From: Candidatus Uhrbacteria bacterium RIFCSPLOWO2_01_FULL_47_25
Lineage (GTDB): Bacteria; Patescibacteriota; Patescibacteriia; GWA2-46-9
Direction: 5' to 3'
Length of the DNA: 64,000 bases
NCBI GenBank assembly: GCA_001791325.1
Contig: MGEK01000039.1
Span: forward strand, 1,175-65,174
Both the position numbers and the translations under genes were made by a program. This document shows positions 10,255-19,145 of the stretch, piece after piece. Numbering within the stretch: position 1 is the first letter of the stretch; each line of letters begins with the position of its first letter. A model generated the notes under the pieces. That model did not search any database. It was not told where the DNA came from and saw nothing but the letters and a program-made list of their open reading frames with translations.

Positions 10255-11643
10255 CTAACTCATTATCATCTCCGCCAAGCGCCAAATGTCCCCGGCCCCC
10301 ATCGTCACCACCACATCGCCTTCTTTTAAAACTCCGCGTAAAATGTCGGCCGCTTCTTCAAGCGTACGGACTGGACGAGCTCGAGAGGCTGTTAGTTGAT
10401 TAACGGCCTCGGCTATAATGTTGTTGTCAACTTCACCGCCCTTCTCGCGGGCTGAAGAATATATGGGGGGTAAAATTATTTGATCGGCATGATTCAGCGC
10501 CGCGGCAAAATTTTTTAAAAAAGCGGCTGTGCGGCTAAAAGTATGGGCTTGGAAAACACACCATAAACGGCGTTGAGGATAGCGCGCTCGCAAGGCGGCA
10601 ATGGTCGCGGTAATTTCCGTTGGATGATGAGCATAGTCATCAATGATAATCGCTTTATTAAATTCGCCGCGATACTCCAGGCGCCTGGCCGTGCCGCGAA
10701 AGTTAATAAGCGCCCGAGCAATGGCCTCCAGATTAACGCCAGCCGCGTCAGCCATGGCTATTGCCCCCAGAGCATTAAGAGCATAATGGAAACCGGTCGT
10801 AGGAATATTAAATTCGCCATAAGGATTGCCATTATGAATAACTTTAAAACTAGTGTTCTCCGCTAAAACCACGTCTGTTAAGCGCCAATCGTTGTTTTTG
10901 GCCGTGCCATAAGTTAAAAATTTACCACGGCAAACGGACTGTAACTTTAACCTCAAGGGTTCCTCTCCCCAAGCAATCAAAGTCCCATCTGTTGGGATTT
11001 TAGCGGCAAAGTCAAGAAATACAGTTTGATAGCTTTTAATGTCAGGAAAATAATCTGGATGGTCATAATCAACATTAGTAATAATTAGATGGCGCGGCGC
11101 ATAATATTGAAATTTATTTTGGTATTCATCGGCCTCCAGCACAAACCATGGACTAGAGCCCAAGCGGGCGTTGCCTCCCCAGTCCATAACCGTACTGCCG
11201 ACGATAGCCGTGGGATCCAGTCCGCCCTCTTCAAGCATGCGGGCAAGCATGGCCGTGGTCGTGGTTTTACCATGCGATCCGGCCACGGCAATACTGTGCG
11301 CATACATGGCCAATAAAAATCCAACAACCTCCGGGTAACTCCATTCAGAAATACCCCGCACCTGCACCGCTCGGCGTTCAATATGATCATCCGCGTAGGC
11401 CGTTGAATAAATAACAGCGGCGACTCGGGGACCAATGTTGCCAGCTTCAAATCCGTTAGCGCAGTGGATGTTGAGGCGCTTCAAAACTGAATCCGTCGTA
11501 AACACTTCAGATGTATCTGATCCGGAAATTACGTAACCCTGCCCCTGCAGAATTTCCGCCAGGGCAGTCATAGCCACTCCCTTCAAACCAATCAAATGCA
11601 AATGAGCCGGAGGATCAGGAAATTGTTTGCCGGTTTTAAGCAT
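10255..11643 (-). CDS. murC: UDP-N-acetylmuramate--L-alanine ligase MurC
   Basis: IHLIGLKGVAMTALAEIL N-terminus, Mur ligase P-loop GSHGKTTTT, 462 aa. Confidence 0.9.
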   Translation of the reverse strand: MLKTGKQFPDPPAHLHLIGLKGVAMTALAEILQGQGYVISGSDTSEVFTTDSVLKRLNIHCANGFEAGNIGPRVAAVIYSTAYADDHIERRAVQVRGISEWSYPEVVGFLLAMYAHSIAVAGSHGKTTTTAMLARMLEEGGLDPTAIVGSTVMDWGGNARLGSSPWFVLEADEYQNKFQYYAPRHLIITNVDYDHPDYFPDIKSYQTVFLDFAAKIPTDGTLIAWGEEPLRLKLQSVCRGKFLTYGTAKNNDWRLTDVVLAENTSFKVIHNGNPYGEFNIPTTGFHYALNALGAIAMADAAGVNLEAIARALINFRGTARRLEYRGEFNKAIIIDDYAHHPTEITATIAALRARYPQRRLWCVFQAHTFSRTAAFLKNFAAALNHADQIILPPIYSSAREKGGEVDNNIIAEAVNQLTASRARPVRTLEEAADILRGVLKEGDVVVTMGAGDIWRLAEMIMS

Positions 11644-11646
11644 ATT

Positions 11647-12702
11647 CTAATTTATGAAAATCGTTTCCAGATGTTCTAAGAATTGTTTAGACCCGTCAGC
11701 AATCAATTCATGAAGGGCGCGCCCGTAATGTTCCCTAATTGCTTGGTTATTGACGAGATTGAGTACTTCTTGCGCAAATTTATTTGCCGTCAAATTTATT
11801 TGCTCCAAAACTATGGCGGCTCCTCGTTGGGCTATGGCTTGGGCGTTTGCTTCCTGGTGTGAATCAGGGATTGGTATAACGATAGCGGCTTTGCCAAGAC
11901 AGGCAAGTTCTGAAATAGTGCCCATGCCGGCGCGACTAACCACCACTTCGGCGGCGGCATAGAAATCCGGCAGTTCTGCCCTGGCAAATGCTTGTTGATG
12001 ATAATAGATTGACGGCTGTACACTAATTTGTTTGCCCGCTCCGGTCAAATGAATTAATAAAACTCTTTCTGCTAAAAATGGCAGGGCCTCAATAATCAGC
12101 CGATTCAAAGCCAGAGCGCCAGTGCCGCCGCCCATAACGAGTACTAACGACAAATCAGAACCAGTCTGAAAATGCCGTCGGGCGGCCAAGGGGTTTCCGT
12201 TCAGCACTGACGGACGAACAAGATTTCCAATAACTACGGAGTTTTTATCATGACCTGGCCAAACACTTGTTTTTAAAGAGGCAAAGGGACTCATTAATTT
12301 GTTGGCCAGTCCGCGCTCTACATCCTGCTCGTGCACTGTTACCGGTATCCTCAAGCACCACGAGGCCCAAACAAGAGGTACGCTGACAAATCCGCCCGCT
12401 GTTAACACGGCGTCGGGATGCAATTTTTGCAATAACCAAATAGACTTCAAAAATCCAGCCGCCACTAAAAATGGCGCGGCCACATTGCGCCAATCCCAAT
12501 AACGACGCCACTTGCCGGCCGGCAAAATAAAAAAAATAATCCCATAATTTTCAACCATGTGCCGCTCCGGCCCATGGGCCGTGCCAGCCCAAAAAAATTC
12601 ATACGACAATTTTTTTAAGCGCGCCTGTTCTACTATTGCCAAAAGCGGCGTCACTGAACCGCCTGTTCCACCACCAGACAAAAGGAGTTTTCGTTTTTTC
12701 AT
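11647..12702 (-). CDS. murG: undecaprenyldiphospho-muramoylpentapeptide beta-N-acetylglucosaminyltransferase MurG
   Basis: LLSGGGTGGSVTPLLAI G-loop, GT28 N- and C-domains, 351 aa. Confidence 0.9.
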   Translation of the reverse strand: MKKRKLLLSGGGTGGSVTPLLAIVEQARLKKLSYEFFWAGTAHGPERHMVENYGIIFFILPAGKWRRYWDWRNVAAPFLVAAGFLKSIWLLQKLHPDAVLTAGGFVSVPLVWASWCLRIPVTVHEQDVERGLANKLMSPFASLKTSVWPGHDKNSVVIGNLVRPSVLNGNPLAARRHFQTGSDLSLVLVMGGGTGALALNRLIIEALPFLAERVLLIHLTGAGKQISVQPSIYYHQQAFARAELPDFYAAAEVVVSRAGMGTISELACLGKAAIVIPIPDSHQEANAQAIAQRGAAIVLEQINLTANKFAQEVLNLVNNQAIREHYGRALHELIADGSKQFLEHLETIFIN

Positions 12703-13802
12703 ATATCGCGCCGTCGAGTTGAGATATTAGCTAAGATGCCGGCGGCGGCCAATAAAACAACCATGGAAGAACTGCCATAGCTAAGAAAAGGTAAAGTAAT
12801 CCCGGTCAACGGCAAAAGGCCAACCATAGCTGAAACATTCACCAGAGACTGCCCTGTAATCCATAAAATAATGCCGCCGCCCAAAAGACGGCCAAAATCG
12901 TCAGGCGCCAAACGAGACACCTTAAAACCGTGAAACAAAAAATAAAGAAGTAAGGCTAGCCACAACGCTACCACGATAAATCCGAGTTCTTCGGCCACCA
13001 CCGCAAAAATTGAATCTCCATACACTTCGGGAAGATACTGAAACTTAGCGCGTGACTGCCCAAAGCCGCGACCAAAAAGGCCTCCGGAACCAATCGCCAA
13101 ATAAGCCTGATTAATGTGGTACCCGATTCCTTTTGGGTCAAGTTCTGGATGTAAAAAAATTTTAAAACGATCGGCGGCGTGAGGTTTAAATTGGATAAGG
13201 AGCATAAAAACAACCATGCCGATCAACACCAATGAAAATAAATATGCCAAACGACCGCCCGCTAAAAAATAAACACCCGAGGCAATAAGAGCGATCATAA
13301 AGGCCGTGCCAATATCTGGTTCAATAATAATTAAACCGGCCACCACCGCGATAATCGCTGTTAAAGGCAAAAATGTGAGCTTAAAATCATTGATTCTCCG
13401 TCCGCGCTTAGTTAACCACACTGAAAGATAAATCAACATGCTTAACTTAACTATTTCGCTGGGCTGAAAGGTAATGGGGCCAAGACGCACCCAACGCCTG
13501 GCGAATGTACCATACGACTGACCGATGTTCGGAATAAAAACAAGCAATAGCAACAAAAGAGACGCAATAAATAAAGGGAGGGCGAAACGCTTGAGATGCC
13601 TATAATCAAACCGTAGGAAGAAGATGAATAACAACAAGCCTATCCCCGTGGCTATTAGTTGGCGCTTCAAAAAATAATAACTATCTCCAAAACGATCAAA
13701 GCCAACTACCGCGCTGGCTGACGACAACATCACCAGCCCAAAAATTAAGAGCACGCCCAAAACGGCCAACAATCTGTAATCTGGATTCTGACGCGCCTTC
13801 AT
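12699..13802 (-). CDS. ftsW: peptidoglycan glycosyltransferase FtsW/RodA (SEDS family)
   Basis: Polytopic membrane protein with SEDS-family motifs, lying between murG and mraY. Confidence 0.85.
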   Translation of the reverse strand: MKARQNPDYRLLAVLGVLLIFGLVMLSSASAVVGFDRFGDSYYFLKRQLIATGIGLLLFIFFLRFDYRHLKRFALPLFIASLLLLLLVFIPNIGQSYGTFARRWVRLGPITFQPSEIVKLSMLIYLSVWLTKRGRRINDFKLTFLPLTAIIAVVAGLIIIEPDIGTAFMIALIASGVYFLAGGRLAYLFSLVLIGMVVFMLLIQFKPHAADRFKIFLHPELDPKGIGYHINQAYLAIGSGGLFGRGFGQSRAKFQYLPEVYGDSIFAVVAEELGFIVVALWLALLLYFLFHGFKVSRLAPDDFGRLLGGGIILWITGQSLVNVSAMVGLLPLTGITLPFLSYGSSSMVVLLAAAGILANISTRRRDI

Positions 13803-14854
13803 GTTATAAGACGATCAATCAGAAAAATAGCTAGTCCCAACATAACCATCACCCCGCTTATCACCCAAAAACGCATCACCACCTTAGGCTCCGGCCAACC
13901 GCTGGCTTCCAAATGATGATGAAGAGGGGCTGATAAAAATATCTTGCGCCCCAAAATTCTTTTAGCGCTGACTTGAAGAATCACAGACAGAGACTCAACA
14001 ACCAAAAGGAATCCAAAAATCGGCAAAAGCAAAGCAGTATTGGTGAGCATGGCCAATATCCCCAAAGTAACTCCTAGCGCCATGGCTCCGGTATCCCCCA
14101 TAAAAAAACGAGCCGGGTAAATATTAAACCAAAGAAAGGCTAAAAGGGAGCCGATAATTACCGCTGTTAAGGCCGCCAAATCAAAACGATGCAGAACAAA
14201 AGCAATAACGCTGTAAGCCCCCATAATAATCAAACTAACGCCGCCCGCTAAACCATCCAACCCGTCAATCAAATTGAGTGAATGGGCAGTTGAGATTATG
14301 ACCAGCAAAAAAAGCGGAATATACCACCAACCAATTATGATATCCCCAAATAATGGAACATGAATTGTATCCCAATCAAGTTTGAAATAGAACCACCACG
14401 CGCCAACGGCGGCAATGACCGCGTATAAAATCATCCTATGTCTTACTCTAAGGCCGCCGGTCTTGGCCCCTACTCCCCAAACATTCATCAAATCATCAAC
14501 CAGCCCAACAAGAGCGGCTGCCACCAGAGCGAAAAGTGGCAACCATGTCTCTGATCTAGATAAAAAATTCAATGTCCCAAAGATATTCGGTGCTAAATAA
14601 CCCAAAAACCAAAAGAACAAAGTTACTGATAATGTAGTTAACCATATCAACACCCCTCCCATGGTAGGAGTGCCACTTTTAGCGGCATGAAGAGTTGAAT
14701 ACACCGGTGTCTCTCCAGTATCGCGGATATTCTTGCCGAGGTTGTACTTATAAAGAAAAAAAGTAAGCACTGGAGTCCAAGCCATGGCCAGCGCAAACGC
14801 CAGAATGGCCAAAAAAAGCATTCGCAAAATTGCAAAAATAGCAACCGACTCCAT
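13799..14854 (-). CDS. mraY: phospho-N-acetylmuramoyl-pentapeptide transferase MraY
   Basis: 351-aa polytopic membrane protein with DDxxN-type motif (VDDLMNVWG) and the HHHLE-like segment typical of MraY. Confidence 0.9.
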   Translation of the reverse strand: MESVAIFAILRMLFLAILAFALAMAWTPVLTFFLYKYNLGKNIRDTGETPVYSTLHAAKSGTPTMGGVLIWLTTLSVTLFFWFLGYLAPNIFGTLNFLSRSETWLPLFALVAAALVGLVDDLMNVWGVGAKTGGLRVRHRMILYAVIAAVGAWWFYFKLDWDTIHVPLFGDIIIGWWYIPLFLLVIISTAHSLNLIDGLDGLAGGVSLIIMGAYSVIAFVLHRFDLAALTAVIIGSLLAFLWFNIYPARFFMGDTGAMALGVTLGILAMLTNTALLLPIFGFLLVVESLSVILQVSAKRILGRKIFLSAPLHHHLEASGWPEPKVVMRFWVISGVMVMLGLAIFLIDRLIT

Positions 14855-14857
14855 AAC

Positions 14858-15220
14858 TTAACGGTTAAGGTAAACCAGTAGTGAGGTCGCAACAATAACT
14901 ACAAACGATAAAATTACTGTACCAAAGCCCAATAGATAACTAATGACCCTATCTCGCCTCCACACAAAACTACCAACAACCGCATTCAAAATAACAAGAA
15001 TTAAACCCGCCAGGGGAATAAATAAAACCTCGTACCAATTGCCTAATAAATCTATGCCGAAATAAATATTGTAATGAAGAACGAGGTTTTCTTCACGAGG
15101 CATTATAAAGACAATAAGACCGACTGCCAACAAACACAAAATAAGAGCGGGAATGAGGGTCGCTCGCGTCCATGTATCTTTGAAATAAAGGCGAATGGCC
15201 GGGGACAAGAGAATTCTCAT
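14858..15220 (-). CDS. hypothetical small membrane protein
   Basis: Four predicted hydrophobic segments; no recognisable family. Confidence 0.35.
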   Translation of the reverse strand: MRILLSPAIRLYFKDTWTRATLIPALILCLLAVGLIVFIMPREENLVLHYNIYFGIDLLGNWYEVLFIPLAGLILVILNAVVGSFVWRRDRVISYLLGFGTVILSFVVIVATSLLVYLNR

Positions 15221-15407
15221 AAGTTATAGCCCCATCATAGCACAACCTACAATCAAGATGAATCCCGCGCCATGCTGGCCGGCAGGTAACGGATATACGC
15301 AACAATATCAACCTTCTATGTTCTCAACTCCCCACCAAGAATCAAAAAGCGCATTGTTATGCAACCAGTCGCGAATATCTTCCCAATATTGTGAAGCTCC
15401 ACGGCTT

Positions 15408-15512
15408 AACCCGCCTTGGGCGGATGGCCTCCACAGAGATTGGGGGTGGAGCGTCCGCCCGAGGCGGACAGGAAACCCCACACCGTCCGCCCTGGGTGGA
15501 CTGGTGCGTGGG
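15408..15512. ncRNA. GC-rich structured element, copy 2 (same core CAGGAAACCCCACACCGTCC as copy 1)
   Basis: Shares the ~20-nt core and flanks (GAGCGYC...YGGTGCGYG) with 5262-5396. The intervening hairpins differ but stay self-complementary (GTCCGCCCGAGGCGGAC; GTCCGCCCTGGGTGGAC). It overlaps the 3' half of ORF 15357..15704, which is therefore probably not a genuine full-length CDS. Confidence 0.3.
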
Positions 15513-15753
15513 CAATTCAGTAATGCTGCCTTTTTCTCGTGATTTTTCAATAATCTCTAAATCATCTCGAGCATATTTAGTTAGCTTGCGAAAAATTTTT
15601 TTATTACCCTTAATCTTTTCAAAAATTCCTCTAATTTGATTCACCCACTCGGGCAATCGCTCTCCGCTCGGCATTTCCCCTTCTGGCAATTTTCCGACAG
15701 ACATAAATCAATTACCCCGCCCCAAGGGGCAGGGAAAGAAATTTACATGCATA

Positions 15754-16014
15754 TCATGATTCAAGCGCGGCAATCAAACTTTTTGCGGTTTTGTGAGTAG
15801 TATAGTTACCTAAAGCATAATCAAGCCGCGCTTCATTGATGATTTCATCAAACGTTTCGGCTTCATTTACACGTCTGATGTCGTCTGTAGAAATCTCCAA
15901 TATAATCTTCTTTTCACGAGGATACCGAGAAAGATAGCGCAAAGCAGACAATGGTAAGTTTATCGTTGCCTCGTGGGTTCTTTTTGAATTAGCCTTACTT
16001 ATTTTGGTTCTCAT
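15754..16014 (-). CDS. hypothetical protein (terminal cassette-like ORF)
   Basis: 86-aa ORF at the distal end of the repeat-punctuated island; no family recognised. Confidence 0.35.
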   Translation of the reverse strand: MRTKISKANSKRTHEATINLPLSALRYLSRYPREKKIILEISTDDIRRVNEAETFDEIINEARLDYALGNYTTHKTAKSLIAALES

Positions 16015-16089
16015 ATCGAGAGTGCTTATAAAAATATCATGGCACGAAAGAAAAATTCAAGCAAATTTGGACGATGGTCTGTAAGAGCC

Positions 16090-16270
16090 AAGTCAGGTAC
16101 ACGCTGTTATGCGAAGTAGGTTACGGGATAAATTAATTAAAAATCGCCTAACGGCTCGCGGCTATGCGGAGTCCTGAAGGAATTGTATCACAATTCCTGA
16201 GGGATTACGTATACACACGCTGTTATATGATGTAATGAAAAATTCTTAATTCGCCGATAGGCGAATTATT
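16090..16270. repeat. attC-like modular palindromic repeat, copy A (short form)
   Basis: CACGCTGTTATGCGAAGTA ... CGCCTAACGGCTCGCGG-hairpin-CGTATACACACGCTGTTATATGATGTA, followed by the hairpin ATTCGCCGATAGGCGAAT. Confidence 0.6.
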
Positions 16271-17393
16271 TAATCGGGGCAATTTTTTTAAATTTTTTCA
16301 AAATTTCTCTTTCGAATTCGTCAATACCAAAAATCTTCTCAAATTCTTTTATAGTTTCTATGAGTTTCCCGTGCGGAAAAATGCCTTGCAGAAGTGGTTT
16401 ATTTTTAACTCGTGCTATCATTTCATCAGTTGGTTGCCAGTCGATTTTTGCCTTATCAAATAACTTTTTAAATTGATAACATTCTTGCTTCATTACCAAT
16501 AATTTTAACTTCTCAAAATTCATTTTGCGAATTTGTTTATAGATTTCGGTAGCTTTTATTGAAAATTCATCAACAAGGTTGTTTATTTCGTCTATTTTGA
16601 GAAATTCTCCATCGGCCCGTACAGCAAATTTTTTCATACCTGCCACAGGACTTTGTCCTTTAGAAATTGTATGACAGCCGACAAAGGATATTTTCCATAA
16701 AACATTTTCATAAATCGCGTAAATAACAACCTCTTTTACGTTTGCCAACAACTTTTCCGTCCATAATTCTTTCGGTCGGAGATTGGGGAAATGCCGGATT
16801 AATAGTACTTGATTAGATTTTAATGTGTATGGACCATAAACATCCCAACCGAGGTCAGTTACTACATCATTATAAAGCCCATGGACAAGCGAGCCAGCGG
16901 CCGTTATGAGCTGTCCAATTTTGCGAGCGCTTTGAATATCGGCTTTGTTCCATTTTATGTGAGATATGAACGTGCCAATTTCGGAGTTTGTATGACGTGG
17001 ATTCGATTTCAATGCGAAAGGATCGTCTGGACAACTTTCCTTGAGCATACGTGCGAAAAAATTTGCTACTGATTTATAATCCTTTTTATTCTCCGTTGGC
17101 TTAGCGTGGTAGGAAGGAATAAGTTTTATGAGAATTGCCCGCAGGTTAGAGGGTGGCGGGAGTATTCCTTTAATTTCACTAAAATGTTTTGATTCCAAAT
17201 CTAATTTTTTGATTGCATGCGCAATACTTGCTACCCATAAATCATACCAAAGAGGAAAAAAATGATAAAAATCAAGTGGTTGAAATCCCTCTAACACCTG
17301 CCCTTTAAAAACGTTTGAAGCGGATTTTGAAAATTCTTTAATCCAAGACATATACTTTTCCTTTTTGGCCGTCAACGCGGATGCGCATGCCAT
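16266..17393 (-). CDS. hypothetical protein (cassette ORF; 3' gene of a three-gene unit)
   Basis: 375 aa, no recognised family; its probable start (MSWIKEF) overlaps the upstream gene by a few nt. Confidence 0.45.
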   Translation of the reverse strand: MACASALTAKKEKYMSWIKEFSKSASNVFKGQVLEGFQPLDFYHFFPLWYDLWVASIAHAIKKLDLESKHFSEIKGILPPPSNLRAILIKLIPSYHAKPTENKKDYKSVANFFARMLKESCPDDPFALKSNPRHTNSEIGTFISHIKWNKADIQSARKIGQLITAAGSLVHGLYNDVVTDLGWDVYGPYTLKSNQVLLIRHFPNLRPKELWTEKLLANVKEVVIYAIYENVLWKISFVGCHTISKGQSPVAGMKKFAVRADGEFLKIDEINNLVDEFSIKATEIYKQIRKMNFEKLKLLVMKQECYQFKKLFDKAKIDWQPTDEMIARVKNKPLLQGIFPHGKLIETIKEFEKIFGIDEFEREILKKFKKIAPIK

Positions 17394-17667
17394 TTTTTAT
17401 CTTTTGGGTTGCTTCTTTGGTGTTGACAACGCAGGGAATACCCATCTCCCTGCTTAAAATAGCAGGATGTGAAGTGATGCCGCCAATATCCGTGATAATT
17501 GCCGCTGCCCTTACCATTGCGGTCACCATCGTCGGATCGGTTATCGTGGTTACTAAAATATTTCCCTCTTCAAATGAAGAAGGGTCGTCGCCAGAATAAA
17601 ATAATCTGGCGGTGCCTTCTATGTTTCCCGGGCTTGCGCCCATGCCTGTGAGTAATATTTTAGCCAT
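17338..17667 (-). CDS. stand-alone PEP-utilising enzyme mobile (swivelling phosphohistidine) domain protein
   Basis: GGITSHPAILSREMGIPCVV is the phosphohistidine swivel-domain signature of PEP synthase, PPDK and rifampin-phosphotransferase-type enzymes. Only 109 aa. Confidence 0.7.
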   Translation of the reverse strand: MAKILLTGMGASPGNIEGTARLFYSGDDPSSFEEGNILVTTITDPTMVTAMVRAAAIITDIGGITSHPAILSREMGIPCVVNTKEATQKIKNGMRIRVDGQKGKVYVLD

Positions 17668-17669
17668 AG

Positions 17670-18626
17670 TTATTGTAGTGAGTCGACTTTTTTAGGTTTT
17701 ATGTTGTTGGCTTTAATATACTCTTTTGCCAACTCAGTTAATGCGGGGATGTTCAGTTTGTATTCCTGTGTTTCTCCATTTTCACGTCGCAATATAATTG
17801 TAACTTGTTTTTCTCCTTGGTTATCGTTTTGTATCCGCAAATCCCAACTATCAAGTATTTTTAAACTCCCGCCAATTTCTTCCAAATTTTCAAAACCTAC
17901 TACGCTTTCTTTATTTTTTTCTCTTTCTATAGCATATTTCAGAAATGCTTCGGTTGATGTTTTGTGTCCCGAGCTAACCAGATTAATTGATTTACCGCCT
18001 GGCATATAATCTGGCAAATGGACAAGGCGATTAATCTTGAAAGCGACAGAAGCGGCTTGCTCCCGCGGACTCGGCGTTTCTTCATCTGGTCGCTTGTCGC
18101 CAAAAGAAAGATACCACTCTAAAGCTGGCTCTTCTGCATATTCTGCGGCTGCTTCCTGTTCATCGGGCGGTAGTTCATCAAATTTTTTTCCCGAATAATG
18201 CTCGTCGATGTATTGTTGTCTTTTTGGTAACATGATTGCATCGTACTGCTGCATAAATTTTTTGCTTGCGGCTAAGGCAGGCAGAGAAAAAAATGCCTGC
18301 GTAGTTTCTGACCTTTGTAAAATATTGGGGTTAACTTCTGCGGCTTGAAATACAGAAGTTAGTGTTTCTTTGGTTCTGTCTATTGCGGTAGCGTATGCCT
18401 TAGTAATTTTGCGACCAGCTAGTTGACTTTTTCCATAAGTTTCTGCGCGTTGTTTTCCTGTTTCTGAAATGCTTGACGTCGATAGTCCTTGAATTCCTTC
18501 CGCAAAGACTTGCCCAGACGCTTTTTGCGAATGGCGGACAAAAGTAAATCTTATTTCTGTATTATGCCCTCGTTCTTCTTTTAGTTCTTCAGGTTGTTCA
18601 ATTTGTGGTCTTCGTTCGTTAATCAT
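17670..18626 (-). CDS. hypothetical protein, possibly histidine-phosphatase (PGAM-like) superfamily
   Basis: The N-terminal RHSQ motif (FTFVRHSQKA...LSETGKQRAE) and a later SSGHKTSTEA segment resemble the RHG...H catalytic motifs of branch-1 histidine phosphatases; the similarity is weak. Confidence 0.4.
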   Translation of the reverse strand: MINERRPQIEQPEELKEERGHNTEIRFTFVRHSQKASGQVFAEGIQGLSTSSISETGKQRAETYGKSQLAGRKITKAYATAIDRTKETLTSVFQAAEVNPNILQRSETTQAFFSLPALAASKKFMQQYDAIMLPKRQQYIDEHYSGKKFDELPPDEQEAAAEYAEEPALEWYLSFGDKRPDEETPSPREQAASVAFKINRLVHLPDYMPGGKSINLVSSGHKTSTEAFLKYAIEREKNKESVVGFENLEEIGGSLKILDSWDLRIQNDNQGEKQVTIILRRENGETQEYKLNIPALTELAKEYIKANNIKPKKVDSLQ

Positions 18627-18659
18627 ATTGGTTGGTAAAAAATTTAAAAAAATTGCCCC

Positions 18660-19040
18660 GATTAATTTGCCCGATAGGGCAAAAAAAAATTTTCATTATT
18701 TCACATAACGGCTCGCGGCTATGCGGAGTCCTGAAGGAATTGTATCACAATTCCTGAGGGATTACGTATAGCCGCTGTTCGGCGATGTGCGCCGCGCGCA
18801 CGCCTGCCCGCCGAAGTATGGGGTGTTTGAATTCAGCATCTTAGTGAATAAGGAACGAAGGCGGGAGCCGAACAGCGGGAACCGCGAGCCGTTAGGCAAA
18901 ATGCGCGGCGCATTTTGCCTAACGTTCGCGTATATCTGATGTTTTGCGGAGCGTAGCGGAGCAAAATATGGGTGAGTATTTGGCGTTAGCCAAGCGCGAA
19001 CCAGATATACGCTGTTATATGATGTATGCTTTTCTTTTTG
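18660..19040. repeat. attC-like modular palindromic repeat, copy B (long form)
   Basis: TTGCCCGATAGGGCAA hairpin, then ACATAACGGCTCGCGG...GCTGTTCGGCGATGTGCGCCGCGCGCAC...GCCGAACAGCGGGAACCGCGAGCCGTTAGGCAAAATGCGCGGCGCATTTTGCCTAACGTTCGCGTATATCTGATGTTTTGCG...CAAAATATGGGTG...CCAGATATACGCTGTTATATGATGTA. Confidence 0.65.
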
Positions 19041-19145
19041 TCTCGCCTCAACGAGACCACTTTTCTATAATGAACAAATTTTATTTTTGTCTTGGCGTAG
19101 GGGCAGAGGGGCTGGGGGTGAATGCCACGAAGCCAAGACACCTTA

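Noticed and set aside
15357-15704. Track ORF of 115 aa on the minus strand.
   Set aside because: Its C-terminal half is the translation of GC-rich structured element copy 2 (…GGRCGVSCPPRADAPPPISVEA…). It is more likely an ORF-finder artefact, or at best a much shorter N-terminal peptide.
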